From contig CACLJX010000004.1 of the NCBI GenBank assembly GCA_902607435.1, forward strand, positions 23,794 to 87,793: a DNA stretch of 64,000 nt, written 5' to 3'. The position numbers and the translations under genes were made by a program. Positions 21,163-30,990 of the stretch are shown here, piece by piece; position 1 is the first letter of the stretch, and the number at the start of each line of letters is the position of its first letter. The notes under the pieces were generated by a model. The model ran no database searches, was not told the DNA's origin, and saw only the letters and a program-made list of their open reading frames with translations. This stretch comes from an uncultured Alphaproteobacteria bacterium. GTDB taxonomy: Bacteria > Pseudomonadota > Alphaproteobacteria > HIMB59 > GCA-002718135.

Positions 21163-21180
21163 GTTTTAACGTTTATTTAC

Positions 21181-21208
21181 AGATGGCTATTTATAAAAAT
21201 TTATCAAG
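21181..21208 (-). promoter_or_regulatory. Putative RpoH (sigma32) promoter of hslVU
   Basis: Minus strand CTTG-N17-GCCATCT, same spacing as upstream of dnaK and ibpA. Confidence 0.6.
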
Positions 21209-21255
21209 TTATTGATGTAGAATATAACTACTTATACTGATAAAAGGCTAATTGT

Positions 21256-21843
21256 ATGAGAAAATCAAAGATTACGCGCAAAACTAAGGAAACAGAAATT
21301 GTTTGTGAAATTAATCTTGATGGTGTTGGACAAAACAATATTTCAACGGGTATTGGCTTTTTTGACCACATGCTTCAGATATTTTCTCATCACAGTTTGA
21401 TTGATTTAGAATTAATAGCAAAAGGAGACACCCATATTGATTTACATCATACAGTTGAAGATACGGGCTATGTCATTGCTCAAGCAATAATTAAATGTCT
21501 ATCTGATAAAAAAGGAATTAAAAGATATGGTTTTTTTTATATTACTATGGACGAATGTCTTTCTCGTTGTGTAATTGATTTTTCTGGTAGGCCCGAACTT
21601 GTATGGAAAGTTGAGCTCGGTCTTGAAAAGCTTGGAGAAATGGATACAGAACTTTTCCATGAATTTTTTAAAGCCTTTTCTAATGAATCTAAGTGCAATC
21701 TTCACATCGAAAATCTTTATGGTAAAAATAATCACCATACAATAGAGTCTTGTTTTAAAGCATTTGCTAAAAGCATAAGACAGGCAATAGAAATAGATGA
21801 GAGGATAAAAAATACAATTCCTTCTTCAAAAGGAACGTTATAA
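21256..21843 (+). CDS. hisB: Imidazoleglycerol-phosphate dehydratase
   Basis: [39 protein letters not shown]. Confidence 0.97.
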   Translation: MRKSKITRKTKETEIVCEINLDGVGQNNISTGIGFFDHMLQIFSHHSLIDLELIAKGDTHIDLHHTVEDTGYVIAQAIIKCLSDKKGIKRYGFFYITMDECLSRCVIDFSGRPELVWKVELGLEKLGEMDTELFHEFFKAFSNESKCNLHIENLYGKNNHHTIESCFKAFAKSIRQAIEIDERIKNTIPSSKGTL

Positions 21844-21853
21844 ATATTTTTTG

Positions 21854-22489
21854 ATGAAGAAAAATATCACTATTGTTGATTATGGACTTGGCAATATTCG
21901 ATCGGCTGAACAATCGCTAAAAAATATTATTGATCAGAACAACCTTAATGCTGAAGTAAAAATTACCAATAACTCAAAAGATATTTATTTAGCTACTCAT
22001 ATTGTTTTGCCTGGGCAAGGAGCGTTTGCGTCTTGTATGAAAGGATTAAAAAACACACATGGCATGATTGAAGCCTTATCAAAAAATGTTTTATTTAATA
22101 AAAAGCCATTTCTTGGAATTTGTGTAGGAATGCAATTATTGGGTACAACAAGTTATGAAAACGGAATACATAATGGCTTAGGATGGATTGACGGGGAAAT
22201 CAAAAAAATACCTCAAAAAGGACTTAAGCTTCCACATATGGGCTGGAATGAAGTTTCAATAAAAATTAAAGAAAATAAAATAATTAAAGAAGAAAAAGAA
22301 AAGAACTTTTATTTTGTACACAGTTATTTTTTTGAATGTAAAGATAAAAAAAACGAAGTAGCTTCAACGGTATACGGCAAAAATTTTGCTTCTATAATTT
22401 CTAAAGAGAATATATATGGGGTTCAATTTCATCCAGAGAAAAGTGCATGTCAAGGATTGAGATTAATTAAAAATTTTATAAGCTTATGA
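21854..22489 (+). CDS. hisH: Imidazole glycerol phosphate synthase subunit HisH
   Basis: DYGLGN, LPGQG, GICVGMQ, PHMGWN, QFHPEKS. Confidence 0.96.
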   Translation: MKKNITIVDYGLGNIRSAEQSLKNIIDQNNLNAEVKITNNSKDIYLATHIVLPGQGAFASCMKGLKNTHGMIEALSKNVLFNKKPFLGICVGMQLLGTTSYENGIHNGLGWIDGEIKKIPQKGLKLPHMGWNEVSIKIKENKIIKEEKEKNFYFVHSYFFECKDKKNEVASTVYGKNFASIISKENIYGVQFHPEKSACQGLRLIKNFISL

Positions 22490-23025
22490 ATGCTCAACTA
22501 CAAAAAAAAATTAATATAAAAGCAGAGTTTTTGTCATCCATTAATGACACAGATTTAGCAGATTTGTGCAACATAACTGAGCAAGCTATTAAAGCCGGAG
22601 GTGGCTTTGGATGGCTTAAACAGCCTCCAATAGAGATTTTAAAAAAATACTGGAAGGGAAGTGTCATTGTTTCTAACAGAAAATTAATTGTTGGCAGATT
22701 AAACAAAGCTATAGCAGGAACACTACAACTAGTATTTCAACCTCATAACAATGAGGCCCAACAAAATAATTTTAACATTATTTCTCATTTTGTTGCACCA
22801 TGGGCCCGTGGATTTGGTCTTGCTAAGGCAATGATAGACAGAGCTGAATTTATTGGACTAGAACACGGAGCTAACTGCGCCCATTTAGATATAAGAGAAA
22901 CACAAAAAGCCGCTATAAAATTATTTGAATCAAAAGGATACGTTCGATGGGGAATCAATCCTTTTTACGCTTTAATTAATGGGAAAAATTTAAAAGGCTA
23001 TTATTATTATAAAAAACTTAAGTGA
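22486..23025 (+). CDS. GNAT family acetyltransferase in the his operon
   Basis: GGGFGWL, FVAPWARGFGLAK, LDIRETQ. Confidence 0.85.
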   Translation: MNAQLQKKINIKAEFLSSINDTDLADLCNITEQAIKAGGGFGWLKQPPIEILKKYWKGSVIVSNRKLIVGRLNKAIAGTLQLVFQPHNNEAQQNNFNIISHFVAPWARGFGLAKAMIDRAEFIGLEHGANCAHLDIRETQKAAIKLFESKGYVRWGINPFYALINGKNLKGYYYYKKLK

Positions 23026-23753
23026 AACTTATACCAGCAATTGATATTAAAAATAATAAATGCGTTCGTTTATCGAAAGGCAAAGAAGAAACCGCATTTG
23101 TTTTTAATAGCAATCCAATTGAACAAGCTAAATTTTTTGAAAAACAAGGATGTGATAGAATTCATATAATTGATTTAGATGCGGCTTTTGGACGAAAAGA
23201 AATTAATAAAAAAACAATACTTAAAATTAGAAATGAAATATCAATAAATATCGAGTTGGGCGGAGGAATCAGATCTCAAGAAGATGTGAGTTTTTGGATA
23301 CAGAATGGTATAAATTTTTTAATAATTGGATCAATGGCTATAACAAATTTTGAAAGTATGAAAAATTTATCAAATAATTTTCCAAATAAACTTTATGTTT
23401 CTTTGGATGATTTACATGGAAGAATCATGATATATGGTTGGGTTGTGGAATCGAATAAAAAGACACAAAAGATACTTTTTGAATTTAACAAAACTAATAT
23501 TCGTGGGTTTGTTTTTACCGATATTTCTAGAGACGGAATGTTAACCGGGATTGATATTAATAAAATATCACAATATTTATCTTTTTCCAATAAACCATTT
23601 ATTGTTGGAGGTGGCCTGTCAAACTATAAAGATTTAAATAATTTAGCAAACTTGAAAGATCCAAATCTGGAAGGAATTATTGCAGGCAAATCATTTTATC
23701 TAGGGAAAATAGATATTAAAAAAGGCCAAAAAATATTAGATCAAAATGCTTAA
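23022..23753 (+). CDS. hisA: ProFAR isomerase HisA
   Basis: [31 protein letters not shown]. Confidence 0.95.
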   Translation: MKLIPAIDIKNNKCVRLSKGKEETAFVFNSNPIEQAKFFEKQGCDRIHIIDLDAAFGRKEINKKTILKIRNEISINIELGGGIRSQEDVSFWIQNGINFLIIGSMAITNFESMKNLSNNFPNKLYVSLDDLHGRIMIYGWVVESNKKTQKILFEFNKTNIRGFVFTDISRDGMLTGIDINKISQYLSFSNKPFIVGGGLSNYKDLNNLANLKDPNLEGIIAGKSFYLGKIDIKKGQKILDQNA

Positions 23754-24504
23754 AATAAGAATAATACCATGTCTTGATGTTAAAGATGGCAGAGTTGTCA
23801 AAGGTATAAATTTTTTAAATTTAGTCGATGCGGGCGATCCAGTTGCACAAGCGCACTTTTATTCTAAAAACGGAGCTGATGAAATTTGTTTTCTTGACAT
23901 AAGTGCTTCTATTGAAAAAAGAACAACAATGTTAAATGTTGTTGAAAAAACAGCAGAAAAAGTATTTATTCCACTTACAGTTGGCGGCGGTGTCAGTTCT
24001 ATTGAAAATATAAGAGACTTATTAAAAGCGGGCGCAGATAAAATATCTATAAATACTGCTGGCATTTTAAATGAAAATTTAATTAGTCAAGCAGCAGAAA
24101 AATTTGGAAGCCAATGTATCGTTGCAGCAGTAGACGCAAAAAAAGAAAAAGATAGTTGGGCTGTTTATTCCCACGGAGGATCAAAAAATACTGGAATAGA
24201 TGCTTTAGAATGGATGCAGAAGTTACAAAATTTAGGAGCTGGAGAAATTCTATTAACATCTATGGACAGAGATGGAACAAAAAAAGGTTTTGATCTTGAA
24301 CTTTTAAATCGAGCTTCAAGTCAATTAGCTATACCTCTAATTGCTAGCGGAGGCGTTGGAAATCTCGACCATTTCAAAGATGGAGTTCTTGTTGGAAAAG
24401 CTAATGCTTTATTAGCTGCCTCGGTTTTTCATTTTGGAGAGCTTAGCATAAAAGAGGTGAAACAGTATTTAAGCAATGAAGGCATTAATGTTAGGATTGA
24501 ATAA
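23746..24504 (+). CDS. hisF: Imidazole glycerol phosphate synthase subunit HisF
   Basis: [31 protein letters not shown]. Confidence 0.97.
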   Translation: MLKIRIIPCLDVKDGRVVKGINFLNLVDAGDPVAQAHFYSKNGADEICFLDISASIEKRTTMLNVVEKTAEKVFIPLTVGGGVSSIENIRDLLKAGADKISINTAGILNENLISQAAEKFGSQCIVAAVDAKKEKDSWAVYSHGGSKNTGIDALEWMQKLQNLGAGEILLTSMDRDGTKKGFDLELLNRASSQLAIPLIASGGVGNLDHFKDGVLVGKANALLAASVFHFGELSIKEVKQYLSNEGINVRIE

Positions 24505-24815
24505 TGATTAAAAAAATTAATAAAAATTTTTTGGAAGAACTTTTTTCTACAATTAAACAAAGAGATCAAAACAAAAATAAAAATTCTTATACAAACAATT
24601 TATTACAACAAGGGAAAAACAAAATAGCTCAAAAAATTGGTGAAGAAACCGCTGAACTTATTGTGGATTATCTTAATGGAACAAAAAAAAGAGTAATTGA
24701 AGAAACATCGGACTTGCTCTATCATTTAATGGTTTTGCTTTATTCAAAAAAAATTTCTATTAAAGAAATTGAGAAAGAACTAGAAAAAAGAAAAAAAAAT
24801 GTACGACAAAAATAA
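24504..24815 (+). CDS. hisE: Phosphoribosyl-ATP diphosphatase
   Basis: SYT..L, KIGEE, DLLYHLMV. Confidence 0.93.
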   Translation: MIKKINKNFLEELFSTIKQRDQNKNKNSYTNNLLQQGKNKIAQKIGEETAELIVDYLNGTKKRVIEETSDLLYHLMVLLYSKKISIKEIEKELEKRKKNVRQK

Positions 24816-25149
24816 TATTTTTGCAAAAATCATTAAAAAAGAAATTCCCTGTAATTTAATTTTTGAAGATGAAAAAATAATTTTTTTTCATGATATTAAC
24901 CCACAAGCTAAAATACATATTCTTGGCATACCCAAAACAGAAGTGATTAACTTAAGCGATTTTATTCAAAAATGTGGTCAAGAAGAAGTTTATTATTTTT
25001 TTAAAAAAATATATGAAATTGTAAAAAAATTCAATCTACAAAAAACAGGATACAGGTTAATTACTAATGAAGGAACAGATTCAAATCAAGAGGTTCAGCA
25101 CTTTCATGTGCACATTCTTGGTGGTGAAAATCTAGGCAGTTTAAATTAA
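24799..25149 (+). CDS. HIT family nucleotide-binding protein
   Basis: YDKNNIFAKII, QEVQHFHVHILGG. Confidence 0.93.
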   Translation: MYDKNNIFAKIIKKEIPCNLIFEDEKIIFFHDINPQAKIHILGIPKTEVINLSDFIQKCGQEEVYYFFKKIYEIVKKFNLQKTGYRLITNEGTDSNQEVQHFHVHILGGENLGSLN

Positions 25150-25151
25150 TT

Positions 25152-25733
25152 TTATTCTTTAATTATTACGTAGTTTACTATTTCTTTTACTCCTTGAATA
25201 TTTTCAACAGAATTTATTATAATATCTAATTGCTCTTTTCGGCTTGTTATTCCAGCTATGTAAACTTTTCCTCTAATAGTTTCAAAATTATAACTTAGCG
25301 CACGTAACCCTATATTTTTTGTAGTAGCTGCTTTTATTTGAGTTGTAATCCACAAATCATTCGCATACTCTTTAATTGTTGTTTTGTCACCAACTTCAAT
25401 TTCATTTATTACCTCTTGGACTCCTTCAACTTCCCAAACTCTACGAACAGCTTCTATTCTAGTTTCTTGGTTCTGAACAATTCCTGTTAATAAGACCCGC
25501 CCCTCAATAACTCTTGTGTCTATATCTAAAATTAAATCTTGTTTTGAAGCGAGAAATTGAGCAGCAACTTTTACTTTAATGGTTGTGTCATCTATTACAC
25601 CCCCAACAGTTCTATCATCTTCTGCTATAACCATGGTTGTTGCAGCACCGCTTCCAATAACCCCAACTGGACTACACCCGCAGACTAATAGAGTTATTAA
25701 AATCCCAGAAATTAATATAATGATTTTATCCAT
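25152..25733 (-). CDS. Dual-BON domain lipoprotein (DolP/YraP-like)
   Basis: Lipobox-like VCGC; DRTVGGVIDD, GRVLLTG, second BON repeat. Confidence 0.88.
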   Translation of the reverse strand: MDKIIILISGILITLLVCGCSPVGVIGSGAATTMVIAEDDRTVGGVIDDTTIKVKVAAQFLASKQDLILDIDTRVIEGRVLLTGIVQNQETRIEAVRRVWEVEGVQEVINEIEVGDKTTIKEYANDLWITTQIKAATTKNIGLRALSYNFETIRGKVYIAGITSRKEQLDIIINSVENIQGVKEIVNYVIIKE

Positions 25734-26589
25734 TTTTAATTTTGATAGCCATTCTATAAATTTCTTTTTTAGAAATTTCGGTTAGATTATGTACTATTCG
25801 AACGGTTTCAGTCAAAGAATATTTTTTTAATAAATCTGTAATGTGTATTTTAATTTTATCATCCAAAAAACGTTTATTGTTTCTTAATGGAGCTGATATA
25901 ATAACTACAAATTCCCCCCTAAGATTTAAATTTTTTCTTCTTATTTTTTCATATATATGTGCTGCAGTTCCTCTAAAAACCATCTCATTTAATTTTGTTA
26001 ATTCTTTGCAAACGGATATTTCAATATTATCAAAAAATTTTGAAATATCCTTTATTAAATTACCAAGATTTTTTCCTGATACAAACAAAACACTTGTTAA
26101 TTCATTAGTGTTTATTTTTTGAAAAAGAAGTTTTTTTTCTTTTTGATGCTTTGGAATAAATCCATAAAAAGCAAATTTATCAATAGGTAAGCCTGAAACT
26201 TGTAGGCTAGAAATTAAAGCTGATGGTCCCGGAATGCTTGTAATCATAATATCTTTTTTGATAAAATCTTTTACGAGTTTAAATCCTGGATCAGAAATAA
26301 GTGGAGAGCCCGCATCTGAAACTAGCCCAATTTTTGAATTATATTGATATTTCGATATTTTGTTAATAACCACTACCTCATTATAGTCATGAAGAGATAT
26401 AAGTTTCTTTTTAATGCCTAATTTATTTAGTAGTTTCATTAAATGTTTGGGGTTTTCACATATGATAAAATCAACTTCTTTTAAAATAAAAATAGCTCTT
26501 TGGCTTAAGTCATTTAAATTCCCAATCGGTGTTGCAATTATGTACAATCCATTTTTTAAGAGATTTATTTCGTGTTTTTTAATTTTCAT
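25726..26589 (-). CDS. rsmI: 16S rRNA C1402 2'-O-methyltransferase RsmI
   Basis: LYIIATPIGNL, VSDAGSPLISDPG, IPGPSA, KELTKLNE, RGEFV. Confidence 0.95.
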   Translation of the reverse strand: MKIKKHEINLLKNGLYIIATPIGNLNDLSQRAIFILKEVDFIICENPKHLMKLLNKLGIKKKLISLHDYNEVVVINKISKYQYNSKIGLVSDAGSPLISDPGFKLVKDFIKKDIMITSIPGPSALISSLQVSGLPIDKFAFYGFIPKHQKEKKLLFQKINTNELTSVLFVSGKNLGNLIKDISKFFDNIEISVCKELTKLNEMVFRGTAAHIYEKIRRKNLNLRGEFVVIISAPLRNNKRFLDDKIKIHITDLLKKYSLTETVRIVHNLTEISKKEIYRMAIKIKNG

Positions 26590-27838
26590 AACCTACTCTT
26601 GTACACCACAAATATTTCCAAATGAAGATATTTTAATTAGCACAGAAAATACCAAACCTATAAATCAAAAATACGAAAAAAAAATGGATGAAAAATATAA
26701 AAAAGAGGCAGAGGAAGTTGTTAAAAAAAACGAGATCTCTTTTGTGAATGATAAAATATTGAATGAAATTGAAATTATTTTACCAGAAACAAAAAACGAA
26801 TTGATAACAAAAAATTTTATTAATGCACTAGAATTATCTTTATATAAAAAGAAAATAAAAAACATTTCATTTAATATAAATTTTTATTCTGATGTTGTTC
26901 AACTACAAGAAATAATTGCAAAAAAAATTGTACCAGGTAAAATTTTTATTGGACCATTAACGTCTGTTGACACTATTAACATAAACAACTGGTGTTCAAG
27001 CGGAGCAATATTTTTTTCATTTGCATCTAATAGAAGTTTAGCTTCTGATTGTGTTTATTTAATAAATTTTTTTCCAGAAGATGATATTAGAACTTTATTT
27101 GATTTTTTTGGTTCTAACAAAAAAATAGCCCTTCTTTATCCTGAGAATGAATATGGTTATTATATAAATAATATTATTGACAATGTTGCAACTGAAAGCA
27201 ATTCTATTTTAATTAATAAAGCATCTTATAAAGAAGATTTAAGCGATGCAAGAAAAGCAATAAAAGAATTAAGCAAATACGAACTTAGAAAATATGAACT
27301 TGAAAGACAAAAAAAGATTTTATCAAACAAAAATGATGAAATATCAAAAAAAGCCTTAAAAAAAATTGAAAAATTTGAAACAATGGGAGAACTTGATTTT
27401 ACCCATCTTATTATTCCTGATTATAATATTCGCTTATTACAAATAGCTCCTCTTCTTCCTTTTTATGATGTTGATCCTAATAAAATTCAATTTGTAGGGA
27501 CAGGCGTGTGGGATGATGAAGTGTTTTTCTTTGAGCCCTCTCTTCAGGGGGCAATATTTCCAGGTGTAGAAAAAGATAATAGAGCAAATTTTATAAATGA
27601 ATATTTAAAATTTTACAAAGAGTATCCAATTAGAACTGTTACAATTATCTATGATATAGTTGGGCTACTAAACTATATTGTTGAAAATAAACTAACTATT
27701 TTATCAACAATTAATTTATTAAATAATACCATTACATTTAATGGAATAGATGGAAGTTTTTCATTTAAAGATAATATAATTAAAAGAGAACTAGAAATAC
27801 TTGAAATTTCTAACGGGAAAGCAAAATTAATTAACTGA
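26540..27838 (+). CDS. LppC/LpoA-like penicillin-binding protein activator lipoprotein
   Basis: Signal + lipobox (MYNP...ITYSC) from ATG 26540; IGPL, ALLYP, LLPFYD, GTGVWD, FNGIDGSFSF; divergent from rsmI as usual. Confidence 0.75.
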   Translation: MYNPFFKRFISCFLIFITYSCTPQIFPNEDILISTENTKPINQKYEKKMDEKYKKEAEEVVKKNEISFVNDKILNEIEIILPETKNELITKNFINALELSLYKKKIKNISFNINFYSDVVQLQEIIAKKIVPGKIFIGPLTSVDTININNWCSSGAIFFSFASNRSLASDCVYLINFFPEDDIRTLFDFFGSNKKIALLYPENEYGYYINNIIDNVATESNSILINKASYKEDLSDARKAIKELSKYELRKYELERQKKILSNKNDEISKKALKKIEKFETMGELDFTHLIIPDYNIRLLQIAPLLPFYDVDPNKIQFVGTGVWDDEVFFFEPSLQGAIFPGVEKDNRANFINEYLKFYKEYPIRTVTIIYDIVGLLNYIVENKLTILSTINLLNNTITFNGIDGSFSFKDNIIKRELEILEISNGKAKLIN

Positions 27839-28418
27839 ATGTATCACAAAATTTTTTTAACTTCTTTATTGCTATTGCACGATGACTTATTTTATTTTTC
27901 TCTTTTTGCGTCATTTGAGAAAAAGTCTTATTTTTGTCTGTAGGAATAAAAATAGGATCATAATGAAATCCCAGAGATCCAAGAGGCCTGCTTGATATTT
28001 TCCCATAAACTATTCCGTTAAAATATACTGTATTTTTATCATTAATTGTTAATGCAATTGATGTTTGAAAAAAAGCTTTATAATTTTTTTTAAATTTTGT
28101 TTGGTTGATAATTATATCAAATGTTTTTTTGTAACCCCCATTTTCTTTTTGGAATCTTTTTGATTTAATTCCTGGCTGATTATTAAGAGCGTTAATACAG
28201 ATGCCAGAATCATCTGCAAAACAAGGCAATCCAAAATATTTAAAACCAAAAGTAGATTTAATCATTGCATTTTCTTCAAATGTTTTACCTGTTTCTCTTG
28301 GTTCATTAATTTTAGGAAAATCATCAAGAGTTAGTATTTTAATTTTGGGGATTTTAAGAATTTGCTTTACTTCTTTTATTTTGTATTTGTTATGTGAAAA
28401 AAATATTAACTCTTTCAC
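27831..28418 (-). CDS. rdgB: Non-canonical purine NTP pyrophosphatase RdgB
   Basis: HNKYKIKE, ETGKTFEENA, ADDSG, GFHYDPIF, SHR. Confidence 0.95.
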   Translation of the reverse strand: MKELIFFSHNKYKIKEVKQILKIPKIKILTLDDFPKINEPRETGKTFEENAMIKSTFGFKYFGLPCFADDSGICINALNNQPGIKSKRFQKENGGYKKTFDIIINQTKFKKNYKAFFQTSIALTINDKNTVYFNGIVYGKISSRPLGSLGFHYDPIFIPTDKNKTFSQMTQKEKNKISHRAIAIKKLKKFCDTFS

Positions 28419-28420
28419 AG

Positions 28421-29134
28421 CTATATACTTAATATTGCTTTCTGTTTTTCAATAATTTGAGCAACTCCTTTTTTTGATAAATCAAATATTTGTTGAAATT
28501 GTTTATCAGTAAAAAAATACTCTTCACCAGTTACTTGAATTTCAGCGATTTTACCACTTTCACATATTACAAAATTAGCATCTACTTCGGCATTAGAGTC
28601 TTCTTCATAATCAAGATCTAAGTTTGGTTGAGAATTAATTATTCCTGCAGATACAGCTGCTACACATTCTTTTATGATTGGGGTTTGGATATTATAATTT
28701 CTTTTTAATTTTTCAATTGATTGATATAAGGCTACAAATCCCCCACTTATTGATGCTGTTCTGGTTCCACCATCTGCTTGAATTACATCACAATCTATTT
28801 TAATTTGTCTTTCTCCAAGATTTATTAAATTAACAACTGTTCTAAGACTTCTTCCGATCAAACGCTGGATTTCTTGGGTTCTGCCTCCTTGTTTACCCTT
28901 AGTGGCCTCTCTATCAATTCTCGTATTAGTTGATCTAGGCAACATTCCATATTCTGCTGTAATCCAACCCTTTCCAGTGTTTTTTAGCCAATGGGGGGTT
29001 TTTTCATCAATCGATGCAGTACATAATACTTGAGTATTACCAAATTTTACTAAACAAGAGCCCTCAGCATGCATACTAATATTTGTTTCAAAGGAAATGG
29101 CCCTTAATTCTTGAAAAGTTCTATTTTTTCTCAT
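28421..29134 (-). CDS. rph: Ribonuclease PH
   Basis: GWITAEYGMLPRST, EIQRLIGRSLR, QADGGTRTASI. Confidence 0.97.
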   Translation of the reverse strand: MRKNRTFQELRAISFETNISMHAEGSCLVKFGNTQVLCTASIDEKTPHWLKNTGKGWITAEYGMLPRSTNTRIDREATKGKQGGRTQEIQRLIGRSLRTVVNLINLGERQIKIDCDVIQADGGTRTASISGGFVALYQSIEKLKRNYNIQTPIIKECVAAVSAGIINSQPNLDLDYEEDSNAEVDANFVICESGKIAEIQVTGEEYFFTDKQFQQIFDLSKKGVAQIIEKQKAILSI

Positions 29135-29205
29135 TATATTATCATTATATTTTATGAATAATTTTAACTTATAATATAGATTTTAGTTATAGAGTGTAAA
29201 AAAAA

Positions 29206-30252
29206 ATGAGCAAAAACTTATATTTAGAATTAAATCACAGATCTAAACAAATATTGAAAAGTGTAGTTGAAACCTATTTAGAAACAGGTGAACCTATTGG
29301 CTCCGAAACAATATTAAAAAAAATTGGCATTGATTTGTCTTCTTCTTCTATTCGTTCAATTTTAGCTAATTTACAAAAAGAAGGATTGTTATATGCTCCT
29401 CATATTTCAGCTGGAAGACTGCCTACAGATAAGGGTATGAGATTTTTTGTTAATGGATTGTTAGAATTTGGCCGGCTTTCGAAGAACGAACAAGAAAACA
29501 TTAAAAATCAATGCCAATCAAAAGGATCTTCTTTTCAAGAAGTTTTAAGTGAGGCTTCAAAAACGATATCAGGATTAACTAATTGTGCCGGAATTGTTGT
29601 TGCCCCTAAATTTCTTAATAAAATAAAACACATTGAATTTATAAAATTAAATTCAAATAAAATAATGTCTATTATTGCTACCGACAATGGTCTTGTTGAA
29701 AACAGAATATTGCATTCCAAAACCAATTATAATGATAGCATATTAAAACAAACGTCTAATTATCTAAATTCTAAATTTGCAGGCAAAACAATAGAACAAA
29801 TAAAAATAAAAATTAATGAGGAAATAAAGAATTCTAAGAGCAAACTAGATAGCATTGCAACCAAACTCGTTAAAGAAGGCATAATTGAAATTGTTCCAAA
29901 TTTAGAAACGCCTTATATTTTTCTTCATGGTCAATCAAGTTTATTGGAAGAAAAAGTAATAGCAAAAGATCTTGATAAAATTAGAAGTTTATTTGATGAT
30001 ATTGAGAATAAATCAAATTTTTTAAATGTTATTGAAAATACTAGCAAAGGTCAAGGAGTTCAAATTTTTATAGGATCTCAAAATTTTTTATTTAAACACT
30101 CTGGACTTTCTATGGTAATGGCCCCATATAAAAATAAGGAACAAAAAATTATTGGAGCAATTGGAGTCGTAGGGCCAATGAGATTAAACTATGCTAAAAT
30201 TGTGCCATTAGTTGATTACACATCGAAGATTGTTGGAAGGATATTAAGTTAA
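29206..30252 (+). CDS. hrcA: Heat-inducible transcription repressor HrcA
   Basis: YLETGEPIGS, PHISAGRLPT, GVVGPMRLNY. Confidence 0.96.
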   Translation: MSKNLYLELNHRSKQILKSVVETYLETGEPIGSETILKKIGIDLSSSSIRSILANLQKEGLLYAPHISAGRLPTDKGMRFFVNGLLEFGRLSKNEQENIKNQCQSKGSSFQEVLSEASKTISGLTNCAGIVVAPKFLNKIKHIEFIKLNSNKIMSIIATDNGLVENRILHSKTNYNDSILKQTSNYLNSKFAGKTIEQIKIKINEEIKNSKSKLDSIATKLVKEGIIEIVPNLETPYIFLHGQSSLLEEKVIAKDLDKIRSLFDDIENKSNFLNVIENTSKGQGVQIFIGSQNFLFKHSGLSMVMAPYKNKEQKIIGAIGVVGPMRLNYAKIVPLVDYTSKIVGRILS

Positions 30253-30253
30253 T

Positions 30254-30892
30254 ATGAACAAAAAAAACGAAAAGGATTTAGAGGCATCTGAAGAATCAAA
30301 TTTTGCAGAAACAAAACCCCAGGAAGAGAAAAAAATTCTTGATACTTCAGAGATAAAAAAAACAAGAAACAAGAAGATAAAATTCAATAAAAAAACTGAT
30401 AATTTTGATAAAGAAAAACAAAAATATGAAGAAGAAATTTTTACTTTAAGAGAAGAAAAATTAAGACTTTTAGCTGAAATGGAGAATTTAAGGAAAAGAT
30501 CAAATAAAGAAAAAATAGATTCAATTAAATATGGAAGCTCTAATTTAGCCAGAGATATATTGTCTCCAAGTGATAATTTGGCTAGAGCCTTGGATAATTT
30601 ACCAGAAGAGGAAGACAGAACTCAATTAATCAACAATTTTATTGATGGATTGAAAATGATCCAAAAGGAACTTACTTCTGTTTTAGAAAAACATGGAGTA
30701 AAAAAAATAGAGGCATTACACAATAAATTCGATCACAATTATCATCAGGCCATTCTTGAGGTTGAGTCTAAAGAGCATGCAGAAGGAGTAGTTGTTCAAG
30801 AAATTCAAAGTGGGTACACTATGCATGATAGACTTTTAAGACCCACTATGGTTGGTGTTTCAAAAAAACCAACAAAGGATAAAAAAGACTAA
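30254..30892 (+). CDS. grpE: Nucleotide exchange factor GrpE
   Basis: LAEMENLRKR, FDHNYHQA, GYTMHDRLLRP. Confidence 0.96.
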   Translation: MNKKNEKDLEASEESNFAETKPQEEKKILDTSEIKKTRNKKIKFNKKTDNFDKEKQKYEEEIFTLREEKLRLLAEMENLRKRSNKEKIDSIKYGSSNLARDILSPSDNLARALDNLPEEEDRTQLINNFIDGLKMIQKELTSVLEKHGVKKIEALHNKFDHNYHQAILEVESKEHAEGVVVQEIQSGYTMHDRLLRPTMVGVSKKPTKDKKD

Positions 30893-30919
30893 TTTGTTCT
30901 AATATTTTATAGCAAAGCG

Positions 30920-30947
30920 GTTGTAAAGTTATCTTAAGTACCCATAT
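30920..30947 (+). promoter_or_regulatory. Putative RpoH promoter of dnaKJ
   Basis: GTTG-N17-CCCATAT, ending 43 bp before the dnaK ATG. Confidence 0.65.
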
Positions 30948-30990
30948 TCATTAATGTTTAACTGAAATTTAAGAAAAGGAATTCAAAAAT

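Noticed and set aside
22486-23025. GNAT inside the his operon as a novelty
   Set aside because: This hisH-GNAT-hisA arrangement is, as I recall, common in other alphaproteobacteria.
29135-30990. CIRCE operator near hrcA or dnaK
   Set aside because: Only a GAGTG fragment at ~29192; no TTAGCACTC-N9-GAGTGCTAA. In alphaproteobacteria the HrcA target is usually groESL, which is outside this window.
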